A stretch of 64,000 nucleotides of DNA from an uncultured Verrucomicrobiae bacterium (lineage in GTDB: Bacteria > Verrucomicrobiota > Verrucomicrobiia > Chthoniobacterales > UBA10450). Both the position numbers and the translations under genes were made by a program. The stretch spans positions 54,909 through 118,908 of the forward strand of contig CAVSRQ010000011.1 of assembly GCA_963730385.1 (NCBI GenBank). Reading direction: 5' to 3'. The notes below the pieces were generated by a model that did not search any database, was not told where the DNA came from, and saw nothing but the letters and a program-made list of their open reading frames with translations. Below, in pieces: positions 31,939-41,801 of the stretch; position 1 is the first letter of the stretch, and every line of letters starts with the position of its first letter.

Positions 31939-31959
31939 GAGATTGGTTTTCTAAAAAAG

Positions 31960-32706
31960 TTACTTGGCGGGCGGAGCGGGGAACTTAAAGACTGTGTCCT
32001 CGATCGGAGGATTTCCTTCGGCTTTGGCGAGAATCAGCTTCTGCTTATCGGACACGCCTTTCAGCCCGGACTCGATCGCGAAGGGAAGGTAAACGCCGTT
32101 CACCTTCTCGTAGTCGCTCAGATCGGTTTCTGTTTCGACCAGTGACCCACGTTCCCGCCGCTGCGAGACCACTCGGATTTCCAGGAAATGATCGGGATCA
32201 AGGTAGACGTAGCTCACGTCGCCCCCCTTCCGGGTGACTTTTAATTTATAAGCGAGCGTGCCATCCACATCTTCGCGTCCGAGGGATTCCACCGTGCTCC
32301 CCTTCTCTTTCCAACCCACCAGCGGTCCATCGATCTCTGCTTCTTCAATCAGAGCTTTCGTATCATCGGCGGACATTTTTTCCGGGTCTTTCCGCCCTTG
32401 GAAGGGCGAGATCTGCCAGCCGTTTTGCCCGTCATAAGCTTGCACCATCGTCATGCCCTGGAGGGTCGACTCGGTGCGGACGGCTCCGGGCGCTTTGCGG
32501 ATTTGCGTGTAAGCGAGTTCGAGTCGCCCGCCGTAAACCAGCATTTTGCCGGTGACCTTGACGGACTTGAGCTCGCGCAGGGCCTCGATGCCGCCTTTGG
32601 CCTCAATATTCTTTGCCACCAACTGCTCGGCGGTCATTTCCTTGGCTTCCTGCGCCAGACTAACCGTGGTGCAAACGATGAGCGTGAGGATGGATAATTT
32701 TAACAT
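31960..32706 (-). CDS. outer-membrane lipoprotein-sorting (LolA-like) protein
   Basis: Signal peptide MLKLSILTLIVCTTVSLAQ. The LolA-like pattern (AEQLVAKNIEAKGG...KVTGKM...) is my recollection of the family. Confidence 0.55.
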   Translation of the reverse strand: MLKLSILTLIVCTTVSLAQEAKEMTAEQLVAKNIEAKGGIEALRELKSVKVTGKMLVYGGRLELAYTQIRKAPGAVRTESTLQGMTMVQAYDGQNGWQISPFQGRKDPEKMSADDTKALIEEAEIDGPLVGWKEKGSTVESLGREDVDGTLAYKLKVTRKGGDVSYVYLDPDHFLEIRVVSQRRERGSLVETETDLSDYEKVNGVYLPFAIESGLKGVSDKQKLILAKAEGNPPIEDTVFKFPAPPAK

Positions 32707-33007
32707 AGGATTAATGGAGGTGTCGTTGCTGAGGCCCCGGGAAACGTGTCGAAGAGATTGGACGATGAAGCGTCCCCGCCGCAACCCGGAAACGCATTGC
32801 AGACCCCGTGCCACTCAGTAGTCGCAGTTGTAATCGCTTCGCTTCCGACACTTTAGAAGTCGGGGACAAAGACATGCGGTTCGCTGTTTGAGACGAAAAT
32901 GGGATTCGCGCGTTCCAAAACCGGGACAAAAATTTTGTTGGACCCTTCAAGAAATATCTTGTCAGCCGATCCATTTCGTCTCCACGCTCTAGGCATCTCT
33001 CCCTCGT

Positions 33008-36000
33008 ATGCCTAACCAGAACTACATCAACCCCCACAGCACGAAATCCCTTCTCGTTATCCTTGCCGCGGCGCTTGCTTTTCCGCTCAGCGTTTCCGCT
33101 CAGCAAGCGGTCGCACCACCCAGTTCCACCGCCGCCGTCACGACGGTAGATCCCAACGGCGCGGTCGTCCCCCCGCCGAACGACGCCGCCACCACGGAAC
33201 GCGTCTTCGTGACTGGTTCCGCCATCCCGACCGCAGCCGAGGTGGGACCGAATCCTGTTCTTACCGCCAGCCGCGAGGCCATCGACAAATCAGGCGAACG
33301 CACGGCCGAGGATTTTCTTCGCAACCTGCCGGTGGCGAACGCCAACAGCATCCCGCTTTCCAATAACAACAACGGTTCCGATACCGCGATCGGTGCGGCC
33401 GGCGTGGCGCTGCGCGCGTTTGACGCTCGCGCCACTCTCGTCTTGATCGATGGCCGCCGCGTCGCGCCCTACCCGATCACTAATTCGGGCATCGCCTTCG
33501 TCGATCTCTATTCGATTCCGCGGGATGCGATCGAAAGCATCGAAGTGCTCAAGGACGGCGCATCCACCACCTATGGCGCCGATGCCGTGGCCGGCGTGGT
33601 GAACATCAAGCTGCGCAAAAATTATCGTGGGGCGCAGTTCAATATCGAATATGGCAACACCACTGAGGAGGATTCGAGTGAGTTCGCTGCTTCTCTCCTC
33701 TTCGGCGTCGGCAACGAGAAGACGAACATCACCGGCGTGATCAATTATTACCATCGCAATTCCATTGCCAATCGCGACCGCAGCTATTCTGCGGTGCCGC
33801 CCTTTCTGAGCTCGAATGCCAGTCCCTACAACCTGCAATTGACCAACGCCGCAGTGGCCGAGGCCGGTGGAACGGTCATCCCGACCGCGAGCGGCTTGCA
33901 ATTCGCCGGCGCCCCCAGCGCGACCAACGGCCTCGCCCCGGCGAGCGCTTATCTTTACAGCGGTTCCTCCCGCATTCGCGCAGCGGGCGGGCAGTTACCT
34001 GGCTATAACTTCAATGAGTTCTCGCTCTCGTTCCCGGAATCCGAGCGCGCCGGCGGTTATCTTAGCGCCAGCCACAAAATCTACGGCGAGCAGCTCGAGC
34101 TGTACGCGGACGGCTACTATCAGAACGTCAAAACGCATAACGAACTGGCCCCGCCTGCGACCGGCAATTTCCAGACCACTGGCGCAACGACCATCGCGAT
34201 CCCCCCGCGCCAGCCAAACGCCGCCGGCCTCACGCCTTTCGGCGGGCCCAGCTACGCCGCCACCGGTGTAACGCCCGGTGCTTTCAATCCATTTAATCCT
34301 TTCAACCAGATCATCTCCGGCGGCTCGCGCGCCCGATTAGCGGAATTCGGCAACCGTTTGTTTGATAATGAGACGGATTCCATCCTGGGGACCGTCGGCC
34401 TCCGGGGCGACAAACTATTCGACGGCACCTGGGGATATGACGTCGGCTTCCGCTACAGCGAGGTAAAGAACCTTTCCACCGGCCAGCAGGTCTCGATCAC
34501 GCGCTTCAATCGCATCCTGAATCAGGCCGACCCCATCTTCAATCCGGCCTCATCAGAGTACATCGGCACCACGGTGGCGTTTAACCCCTTTGGCGATTTC
34601 CGGAATCCGATTCCATCGAATCAGGCCACTGTTGATTTTGCGCGCGTCTTTCCGAAGGATTTCGATATCTCCAAGGTCGCGACGTTGGATGGAAGCCTCT
34701 ACACGACTGAACTTTTCAGTCTGCCGGCCGGCGGAGTTGGCTTTGCCGCGGGTGCACAGTTTCGCCGCGAATCTCTGCGGGAAGAGCCCGATGACCTGAA
34801 CCTGAACGGAGATATCGCGGGGAACTCGCCGCTGCCAGCCGCGCAGGGCGGGCGGAAATCTTACGCCCTCTATGCCGAGACCAGCATCCCGATTTTTGCG
34901 AGCGCCAACGCCATCCCAGGCTTCCACGCCCTGGAGTTTACCGCTGCGGGACGTTACGAGGAATTCCGCAACAATGGCAGCAACGTCGTCGTGCCGAAAT
35001 TTGGCATGCGCTGGCAGCCGTTGGATGAAACTTTGACGCTGCGAGGCACTTGGGGAAAAGGCTTTCGCCAGCCAGCGCTGGAGGAATTATTTGGTTCCGG
35101 CGCTTCCAGCATTGAAGGGACGGTCGATCCGGTGACCGGCATCAGCGAACCCGAGACGACCACGCTGAGCAATAGCAATCCGAACCTTCAACCGGAAGAC
35201 TCGGAGTCCATTAGCGCGGGGCTTGTCTACAGTCCGAAGGTCGTACCCGGTCTGACGCTTTCGATCGATTTCTTCGATATCAAGCGCACTGGCGTCGTGA
35301 TCGTCCCAGAGGCGCAGCAGGTTCTGGATCGCGAGGCCGCGGGAAATCTGCTCCCGGGCGAACAAGTTCTGCGCAATCCGGATGGATCAATCAATCTCGT
35401 CGTGCGTGCCGATCAAAACGCCGGCTTCGAGAAGGCACGCGGCGCGGATTTCGGTCTGCAGTATCAACGTGAGACACCATGGGGGACTTTAACCTGGGTC
35501 ACGCAGGCCACGTTTTTGGATGAGTTCCTCCGCCAGCCGACGCCTTTGGATGAAGTCGACCGCCTCACCCGCCGCCCCGCCACCGATGCTTCGGACGAAG
35601 GCTATTATCAATGGAAAGGCGATTCGCGTTTGGAATGGGCCTACCGGGGTTTCAGTCTGATTAGCACGGTGCGCTTTTACGACGGTTTCCACGAATTCGA
35701 CAACGACGGGTTGGAACATTGGGTCAGTCAAACCTGGTTCTTCGATCTGCAGGCCTCTTACACCTTCTTGTCCCCTGCAAGCACGCCAGTGGCCGACTAT
35801 TCGAAGGGCGACGCGATTCCGAAAAACGCTGCCTTGGGCACGACCGGTCGCTCCTTCTGGCAAACGCTCTTGCATGACGCACGCCTCACCGTGGGCTGTA
35901 ACAACGTCTTCGATAAGGATCCACCGACGGCGTTTGGCGCCGGCAATAACAGCAACGGCTACCCCGGCTACACCTACGACGCGACCGGGCAGTTTGTTTA

Positions 36001-36025
36001 CGTGCGCCTGAGCAAGGAGTTCTAA
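33008..36025 (+). CDS. TonB-dependent receptor
   Basis: Signal peptide, a plug domain (VLIDGRRVAP..IESIEVLKDGASTTYGADAVAGVVNI), a long beta-barrel and a C-terminal aromatic residue (..VRLSKEF). Confidence 0.85.
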   Translation: MPNQNYINPHSTKSLLVILAAALAFPLSVSAQQAVAPPSSTAAVTTVDPNGAVVPPPNDAATTERVFVTGSAIPTAAEVGPNPVLTASREAIDKSGERTAEDFLRNLPVANANSIPLSNNNNGSDTAIGAAGVALRAFDARATLVLIDGRRVAPYPITNSGIAFVDLYSIPRDAIESIEVLKDGASTTYGADAVAGVVNIKLRKNYRGAQFNIEYGNTTEEDSSEFAASLLFGVGNEKTNITGVINYYHRNSIANRDRSYSAVPPFLSSNASPYNLQLTNAAVAEAGGTVIPTASGLQFAGAPSATNGLAPASAYLYSGSSRIRAAGGQLPGYNFNEFSLSFPESERAGGYLSASHKIYGEQLELYADGYYQNVKTHNELAPPATGNFQTTGATTIAIPPRQPNAAGLTPFGGPSYAATGVTPGAFNPFNPFNQIISGGSRARLAEFGNRLFDNETDSILGTVGLRGDKLFDGTWGYDVGFRYSEVKNLSTGQQVSITRFNRILNQADPIFNPASSEYIGTTVAFNPFGDFRNPIPSNQATVDFARVFPKDFDISKVATLDGSLYTTELFSLPAGGVGFAAGAQFRRESLREEPDDLNLNGDIAGNSPLPAAQGGRKSYALYAETSIPIFASANAIPGFHALEFTAAGRYEEFRNNGSNVVVPKFGMRWQPLDETLTLRGTWGKGFRQPALEELFGSGASSIEGTVDPVTGISEPETTTLSNSNPNLQPEDSESISAGLVYSPKVVPGLTLSIDFFDIKRTGVVIVPEAQQVLDREAAGNLLPGEQVLRNPDGSINLVVRADQNAGFEKARGADFGLQYQRETPWGTLTWVTQATFLDEFLRQPTPLDEVDRLTRRPATDASDEGYYQWKGDSRLEWAYRGFSLISTVRFYDGFHEFDNDGLEHWVSQTWFFDLQASYTFLSPASTPVADYSKGDAIPKNAALGTTGRSFWQTLLHDARLTVGCNNVFDKDPPTAFGAGNNSNGYPGYTYDATGQFVYVRLSKEF

Positions 36026-36067
36026 AACGCGCGGGCGAGGGCCTGTGCGAGAAGGTAGCCTCTGCCG

Positions 36068-36319
36068 CTACGGCACGAGAAAGACCTTGCCGGTAAACGG
36101 GCACTTCACCTGCGCGCCCTTCTTATATCGTCTGACATTTAGTTCGCCCTTTGAAGGAGCGTAGGGGCTGCGCACAACTCCAGGCTTGCCCGCAACCGGC
36201 AAAGCGCGCAGCAAACGAAAAGTCTTTCTGGCCGGCGTTGAGGCAAGCTTTCCCTGATCCCGGGAGATCGGTTTATGGCTGACGGTAGACGTTGATGAAG
36301 GTTGATTGCGAGGCATCAA
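36068..36319 (-). CDS. hypothetical small protein
   Basis: 83-aa ORF ending GKPGVVRSPYAPSKGELNVRRYKKGAQVKCPFTGKVFLVP. The start is uncertain; the frame stays open upstream without a Met. Confidence 0.35.
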   Translation of the reverse strand: MMPRNQPSSTSTVSHKPISRDQGKLASTPARKTFRLLRALPVAGKPGVVRSPYAPSKGELNVRRYKKGAQVKCPFTGKVFLVP

Positions 36320-36565
36320 TTCGACAACAAAAGACGCCCACTTGTGCGTTCGGCTTATCGGCTCTGAGATGTCTTTGAACCCTGGTGGTTTCGGCGATCC
36401 GACTCAACGCAGAATTACTTCTGCAGCAGTTTGAATGGTGACCACAGTGATACGTCTTTCAGCGCCGACAAATGTGCTAGCACGTTGCTGATGAGCCCCA
36501 TGATAGACTGATGCGGACCTGTCCAGAAGCGTGAAGACAGATCGCGACTCTGCGGCAGCAAAAGT

Positions 36566-37348
36566 TTATTTCAGTGACTGCGGGTTTGCTGTGATTGCAG
36601 CAGCCCAAGACCGAAAAATAGCTGAATACGAGCTATGATCGGCAACCTGAGCATCAGCCTTGATCTGGTCGAGGAACCAGCTCGTGAGGCCGTCCCAACC
36701 GTCAGAATCGTTCCACGTTCGCGGCGGTGGCCAATTCAGCGCGGCCACCCCGGACGCGGACTTGATCATGTTCACCGCGGACGAGGCCGTGACCAGATTG
36801 GTGTCGATGCATTGGCCGCCACTTGAGAACGGCTCCACATGGTCGAGAGACGGATAGAGGAACCAGTGGCCGATGTGCGTTGTAGCGAGCGGGCAATTCG
36901 GATAGTTCGTGCACGGAAACTCCATCGGCATCCGCAGCGAGAGGACGAGCAGAGCTGGCGGGCTGATGAGGCGAGCGCCCGAGTATGCGCAGCGATAGTT
37001 GCTTCGTGTAAACAACGCGTGCAGTTCGGCGGGAAGAAGCTTCCTCCGAAGACGAACTTGCTTTTCGCCCTCTGGACGAGGTGACCGCTCACGGGGGACG
37101 GGAAGTCCGGTTTCGCGAACAGCGTCAACCAGACTCGCACGAGGCCGGAACGGATACTCTGCGTTCATCAGCGCGCGTGCGGCGTCAGTCTCCCCGCCGA
37201 AAGGAGCTGTGCTGCTTTCAGGAGCGTTCTCGCGCGGTCCAGTTTCATCTGAGTAGTGCCGCAGATTACGGTCAGCGGCCTGAATGATCCAGACAGGAAT
37301 GGACTCTTCGAAAATCATCAGGGGGCAAAACGGGTGGACCCACAACAT
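36566..37348 (-). CDS. HNH-nuclease-like protein with degenerate zinc ligands
   Basis: RCAYSGARL ... LDHVEPFSSGGQCIDTNLVTASSAVNMIKSA has HNH-type DH...N...N spacing, but three of the four usual Cys positions are replaced. Confidence 0.5.
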   Translation of the reverse strand: MLWVHPFCPLMIFEESIPVWIIQAADRNLRHYSDETGPRENAPESSTAPFGGETDAARALMNAEYPFRPRASLVDAVRETGLPVPRERSPRPEGEKQVRLRRKLLPAELHALFTRSNYRCAYSGARLISPPALLVLSLRMPMEFPCTNYPNCPLATTHIGHWFLYPSLDHVEPFSSGGQCIDTNLVTASSAVNMIKSASGVAALNWPPPRTWNDSDGWDGLTSWFLDQIKADAQVADHSSYSAIFRSWAAAITANPQSLK

Positions 37349-37399
37349 TCTTGCTGGACTGCTTTTCAGGGGTTAAATCTTGGGCCTCGAAAGAGATTC

Positions 37400-37472
37400 G
37401 GGGGTATAGCTCAGTTGGTAGAGCGCGTCGTTCGCAATGACGAGGCCAGGGGTTCGAACCCCCTTACCTCCA
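37400..37472 (+). tRNA. tRNA-Ala (anticodon CGC)
   Basis: Manual cloverleaf: acceptor GGGGGTA/TACCTCC with the G3:U70 Ala identity pair, anticodon loop TTCGCAA, T arm AGGGG-TTCGAAC-CCCCT. 73 nt. Confidence 0.9.
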
Positions 37473-37606
37473 CTTTTCTTCTTTCCCTCGCGCAATCCGT
37501 ATTGCCTTCTGCGCGGGCTCTCTCTATACGGGAAACAAATAGACACCCGAGATGCAGCCTGGCGCTTCGTCTCAAAACCACCCCCAAAACCACTGAGTCA
37601 AAACCC

Positions 37607-38101
37607 ATGAAATACCAACACCACCTCCTTATCGTCACCTGCGTCGGGGCCTTCGCACTTTGCGGATCCCCCTGGACGTTTGCAGCGCCCAAGCCTGCGG
37701 CTTCGCCGGCTGCGGTTGCTGCCGCCAGCCCCTCCGAAGCGGCCCCGGCTAAAGCACCGCGAGCGATTCCTCTGCGCGGCAACGCGACTGAGGTGAACAA
37801 AGCGGAGAAGACCTTCACGGTCGCTGGCAAGACGGCCTCACGGACATATAAAGCCACTGACAAGACCACCATTACGAAGGCCGGCGCTTCCGCGACCTTC
37901 GCTGACTTGACCGAAAACGAAGCGGTCACCGGTTCGTATTGGAAACAAGCGGACGGGACACTCGAACTCAAGAGCCTGAAAATCGGCGGCAAAACCGAGG
38001 CGGAAAAGGCGGCGGACGCAGCTAAAAAAGAGAAGCGCGAGGCCAAGAAAGCCGCAGCCGCAGAGGCAACAGCGGAGCCATCTGCTTCGCCGAAGAAATA
38101 G
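37607..38101 (+). CDS. hypothetical secreted protein with Lys/Ala-rich tail
   Basis: MKYQHHLLIVTCVGAFALCGSPWTFA signal peptide, followed by a small beta-rich domain and a KKEKREAKKAAAAE tail. Confidence 0.55.
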   Translation: MKYQHHLLIVTCVGAFALCGSPWTFAAPKPAASPAAVAAASPSEAAPAKAPRAIPLRGNATEVNKAEKTFTVAGKTASRTYKATDKTTITKAGASATFADLTENEAVTGSYWKQADGTLELKSLKIGGKTEAEKAADAAKKEKREAKKAAAAEATAEPSASPKK

Positions 38102-38126
38102 GGACGGCGACCTTCCCAATTATCTC

Positions 38127-38166
38127 AAAGCCTGCGGTGAAGAGATTCGCCGCAGGCTTTTTGTTT
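38127..38166. terminator. bidirectional rho-independent terminator
   Basis: aaagcctgcgg-tgaagagattcg-ccgcaggcttttt hairpin followed by gttt. It lies between convergent genes ending at 38101 (+) and 38297 (-). Confidence 0.6.
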
Positions 38167-38296
38167 GCCGGGGACAGAGTGGAGCCGCCCGACAAGGGGC
38201 GAACCGAAAGAGATCTTCGGAAGGGCGTTCTCGAGCTGCCACGAGGAAGTAGCGCCGGCTTGCCGTGAATCTTAAACCGCGAGCTGGAAAGCTGCG

Positions 38297-39715
38297 CTAC
38301 CCCGCCGCAGCCACCCGCAGGTCCGCCAGGAAGAGCGCATACTCGCGTGCGCGACTTTCTTCATCCGGCTGCCGCAAGAGCGACGAAGGATGCACCGTTG
38401 CCAGCACGCGCGGAGCAAATTCCGATTCCAAAACCACGCCGCGTTGCTTGGTGACCCGAAAGCTGGAGCCGAAGATGGCCTGCGCCGCAGTCGAGCCAAG
38501 GCAAACGAGCAACTGCGGCTGCACGATGCGCAGCTCCGCTTCCATCCACGGCCGGCAGGCGGCGATCTCGCGGGAGTTCGGTTTTTGGTGGATGCGCCTC
38601 TTTCCGCGCGGCTCCCATTTGAAATGTTTCACCGTGTTCGTGACGTAGACTTCGCTCCGCTCGATCCCAGCCTCCGCAAGCGCGCGATCGAGCAGCTTGC
38701 CCGCCGGGCCGACGAACGGCTGACCGGCAAGGTCTTCCTGATCGCCCGGTTGTTCGCCGAGAAAGAGTAAACGCGCGCGTTTCGGCCCTTCGCCAAAGAC
38801 GGTTTGTGTGGCTCGCTCGTAGAGATGGCAGGCCGTGCAGGCCTGCGCGGCTGCGGCCAGTTTCTCGAGGTCGCTCGTGGCCGGAACCTCCGCTGGATGC
38901 CAGTCGGTTTCGACAGCTTTGGCTTTTTTCCCTGCGCTTTTTTCGACCATGGCCTCCACCCGACGCGGCGCTTGCTCGAGAAGGGATGGAATGAGCACCG
39001 CTTCCGGCAAATTGCGCCAATATTTCTTCGGCATCTCGGCCTGCATTGCGTGCACTTTCACGCGAGCGGGATTAAAAATATTTGCGTAGTAGGTCAGCCA
39101 CAGCGGCTCCACCTCGTCCTCGCGCGGGGCCTGCGCTTTGTCGACGCCCGCAGAAAAAGTCAGCTCTGTGCCGTCCCAATGCGCACAGCGTTCCGGAGTA
39201 AGAATCGACCAGCGCATCGAAGCGAAGCGGTCGACAAAGAACCGCGCATTGTGCTCCACGATGTGATGCGCCGGCTCGAACCAGGCGACAAACCATTTCC
39301 CATCGCCATGCGCGATTTCGCGGAAGCGAACAAAGGCGCGCATTTTGTGGATGTCATGCCGGACCGATTTCTGGAGATCGAAAGCTCTCGCGACATCGCG
39401 ATCAACCGCCACCTCGAGCAACTTCGGTGAGCCATGCGTAAGCCGCCAGACCAGGCGATAGAGCAATCCCCACCGATCCGCCGCGCTGTGCAGGGCCACC
39501 AGCCGGGCGAGAGGTGGAAAGGATTTCGGCACTCGAAACTCCGCGCGGGCCGGCGGGATGGCCTCCGTGGATTCCTCCTCGAAAATGTTCAGCGCCGGCT
39601 GCTCGGCAGAGATCTCCTGCCAGACAAGCGTCTCCGGAGGGACTTCACGGTGCAGAGCGGAGCGGGCCGCCCGTTGCCAATCCTCAAAGGTGGGTCGGAA
39701 CGTGAGCTGTTCCAC
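38297..39715 (-). CDS. DUF4130 domain fused to a UdgX-type family-4 uracil-DNA glycosylase domain
   Basis: The C-terminal domain has GEQPGDQEDLAGQPFVGPAG (motif A), VKHFKWEPRGKRRIHQKP (UdgX KRRIH loop) and VHPSSLLR (motif B). The N-terminal about 260 aa (..FVRFREI..WFEP.HHI..) matches the probable DNA metabolism protein that accompanies the radical SAM partner. Confidence 0.85.
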   Translation of the reverse strand: MEQLTFRPTFEDWQRAARSALHREVPPETLVWQEISAEQPALNIFEEESTEAIPPARAEFRVPKSFPPLARLVALHSAADRWGLLYRLVWRLTHGSPKLLEVAVDRDVARAFDLQKSVRHDIHKMRAFVRFREIAHGDGKWFVAWFEPAHHIVEHNARFFVDRFASMRWSILTPERCAHWDGTELTFSAGVDKAQAPREDEVEPLWLTYYANIFNPARVKVHAMQAEMPKKYWRNLPEAVLIPSLLEQAPRRVEAMVEKSAGKKAKAVETDWHPAEVPATSDLEKLAAAAQACTACHLYERATQTVFGEGPKRARLLFLGEQPGDQEDLAGQPFVGPAGKLLDRALAEAGIERSEVYVTNTVKHFKWEPRGKRRIHQKPNSREIAACRPWMEAELRIVQPQLLVCLGSTAAQAIFGSSFRVTKQRGVVLESEFAPRVLATVHPSSLLRQPDEESRAREYALFLADLRVAAAG

Positions 39716-39720
39716 GCGAT

Positions 39721-40980
39721 CTACAGTTGCCCGGACAGGACGGAGGGCTCGGGCGCGAAGAGATCGAGTTGGCGCTCGGGGGCGGTGAAGCGGTTACGCA
39801 AATCATCGCGTTCCAGAGCGAGCGTCGCCGAGTTGTAATCTGCAGTAATGACGAAGGGTAAAATCTTTTTCACCGAAACATGCAGGCGCGGCAGATCGTC
39901 CAAACGCAATTTGTGCCAGCGGCGCACGCGCAGAATTTTTTCGACCGACTTCGTGCCGAGCCCGGGGATGCGCAGCAACATCTCTTTCGGCGCCTTGTTA
40001 AGATCGATCGGAAAGAGATGCCGATTACGCAGGGCCCAGGCGAGCTTGGGATCGACGGCGAGATCAAGATTCGGCGCAGCCTCGGTGGTTAATTCCGCGG
40101 CGCGGAACCCGTAGAAGCGCACCAGCCAATCGGCTTGGTAAAGTCGATGCTCGCGCACCAGAGGCGGCGCGATCAAAGGAAGCTTACTGGAGGCGTCCGG
40201 GATGGGGCTGAAGGCCGAGTAATACACGCGCCGCAGTTTTTGCTCAGAGTAAAGCGAGGTCGCCTGCGCGAGGATGGTCGCGTCTGGCGTGGCAGTGGCG
40301 CCCACGATCATCTGCGTGCTTTGACCGGCGGGTGCGAAGGTCGGCGCCTTCCGGCTTTCCCGCCGCTCAGCCTTCGCCTGCGTAATCCGATCGCGGATGC
40401 CACTCATAGCCGCCTCCGTGTTGGCGAAGTTTTTTTCCGGAGCCAGCTCTTCGAGCGCAATCTTGGTCGGGAGTTCGATATTGATGCTGATGCGATCCGC
40501 CCAGAGGCCGGCCTCGGCGATCAGCGCAGGCGATGCTTCCGGGATGGTTTTAAGATGGATGTAACCGCGAAATTGATGCTCCGTTCGCAGGGTGCGCGCC
40601 ACCGCCACCACCTGCTCCATCGTGTAATCCGGATTGCGGATAATGCCGGAACTGAGAAAGAGGCCTTCAATATAGTTCCGCCGATAAAAATCGAGGGTCA
40701 GCTGCACGACCTCTTCCGGCGTGAAGCGGGCGCGGCGCACGTCGCTGGAGACGCGATTGATGCAGTAAAGGCAGTCGTAGACGCAAAAATTCGTGAGCAG
40801 AATTTTCAAGAGCGAAACGCAGCGGCCATCCGGCGTGTAGCTATGACAAATGCCGGAGCCGGTGGTGGATCCCAAACCGCCAGACGTGCGGGAGTTTCGC
40901 TTTGTTGTCCCACTGCTGGCGCAGGACGCGTCGTACTTCGCGGCGTCGGCTAAAATTGCGAGTTTACTGGCCAGTTCCAT
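39721..40980 (-). CDS. putative DNA modification/repair radical SAM protein (rSAM linked to UDG family)
   Basis: MELASKLAILADAAKYDASCASSG..GICHSYTPDGRCVSLLKILLTNFCVYDCLYCINR (CxxxCxxC), RNYIEGLFLSSG, and a C-terminal HhH (LLRIPGLGTKSVEKIL). It lies 5 nt upstream of the UdgX fusion. Confidence 0.9.
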   Translation of the reverse strand: MELASKLAILADAAKYDASCASSGTTKRNSRTSGGLGSTTGSGICHSYTPDGRCVSLLKILLTNFCVYDCLYCINRVSSDVRRARFTPEEVVQLTLDFYRRNYIEGLFLSSGIIRNPDYTMEQVVAVARTLRTEHQFRGYIHLKTIPEASPALIAEAGLWADRISINIELPTKIALEELAPEKNFANTEAAMSGIRDRITQAKAERRESRKAPTFAPAGQSTQMIVGATATPDATILAQATSLYSEQKLRRVYYSAFSPIPDASSKLPLIAPPLVREHRLYQADWLVRFYGFRAAELTTEAAPNLDLAVDPKLAWALRNRHLFPIDLNKAPKEMLLRIPGLGTKSVEKILRVRRWHKLRLDDLPRLHVSVKKILPFVITADYNSATLALERDDLRNRFTAPERQLDLFAPEPSVLSGQL

Positions 40981-41030
40981 TTCGTCCCGGATATGTACGC
41001 GCGAACAGTGCGCGTGGACGCAAAGATGTA

Positions 41031-41801
41031 CTAATGCCGCTGCCGGCGCAAAAACTCTTCCGCCAAGGACCGGTAGGCCAGCGCGCCGCTCCCGTGTGGC
41101 GCGTATTCGAAGATGGATTTCCCGAAGCTGGGCGCCTCGCTTAGGCGCACCGTCCGCGGGATGACCGTTTCGTAGAGCTCAGCGCCAAAGTGCTCTCGCA
41201 CCTCCGCCACCACCTGCGCGCTCAGATTCGTCCGGCTATCAAACATCGTCATCACAATCCCGCCGATCGCGACTCGATCATTCACTCCGGAATTTCGGAT
41301 TTGCTCCAGCACCCGCACGATTTTAACCAAACCTTCCAGCGCGAAAAACTCGCATTGGATCGGCGTTAGCAATTCGTCCGCGGCCGCGAGGGCATTCGTC
41401 ATTAAAATCCCCAAAGACGGCGGGCAATCGAGCAGGACAAAATCGAAAGTAGCGTCCGCACGCAGCGGCACCAGGACCTCCGTCAGCCGCGTCAGATGAC
41501 TCTCTCGACGCGCGATCTCGATCTCAGCACCCGCCAGGTCGAGATCCGCTGGGATGATGAACATCCCTTCCAGGCGGGTCGGCAGAATTTTATTCGCCAC
41601 GGGCGCGTCGCGCACGAGCGATTCATAAAGACTCTCGCCCTCGAGGTCCTGCAAACCGAAGGAGCTGGTCGCGTTGCCTTGCGGATCGAGATCGATCAAG
41701 AGCACACCTTTCCCGGCCTGCGCCAGGGCACACCCGAGGTTAACGGAGGTGGTCGTCTTCCCCACTCCCCCTTTTTGATTAGCAACAGCGATGACCTTCA
41801 T
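41031..41801 (-). CDS. ParA/Soj family ATPase
   Basis: MKVIAVANQKGGVGKTTTSVNL deviant Walker A and LIDLDPQGNATS. Its ATG overlaps the stop codon of the upstream LanB-like gene (ATGA). No parB is adjacent. Confidence 0.9.
   Translation of the reverse strand: MKVIAVANQKGGVGKTTTSVNLGCALAQAGKGVLLIDLDPQGNATSSFGLQDLEGESLYESLVRDAPVANKILPTRLEGMFIIPADLDLAGAEIEIARRESHLTRLTEVLVPLRADATFDFVLLDCPPSLGILMTNALAAADELLTPIQCEFFALEGLVKIVRVLEQIRNSGVNDRVAIGGIVMTMFDSRTNLSAQVVAEVREHFGAELYETVIPRTVRLSEAPSFGKSIFEYAPHGSGALAYRSLAEEFLRRQRH

Noticed and set aside
26309-32145. Long + strand ORFs 26309..27403, 28539..29948 and 30733..32145.
   Set aside because: They are antisense to the ADOP permease and the BNR-repeat gene, both of which have strong family signatures.
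41031-41801. ParA as part of a plasmid or chromosome partition locus.
   Set aside because: No ParB gene is adjacent, and I could not find a parS-like TGTTTCACGTGAAACA palindrome in the window.
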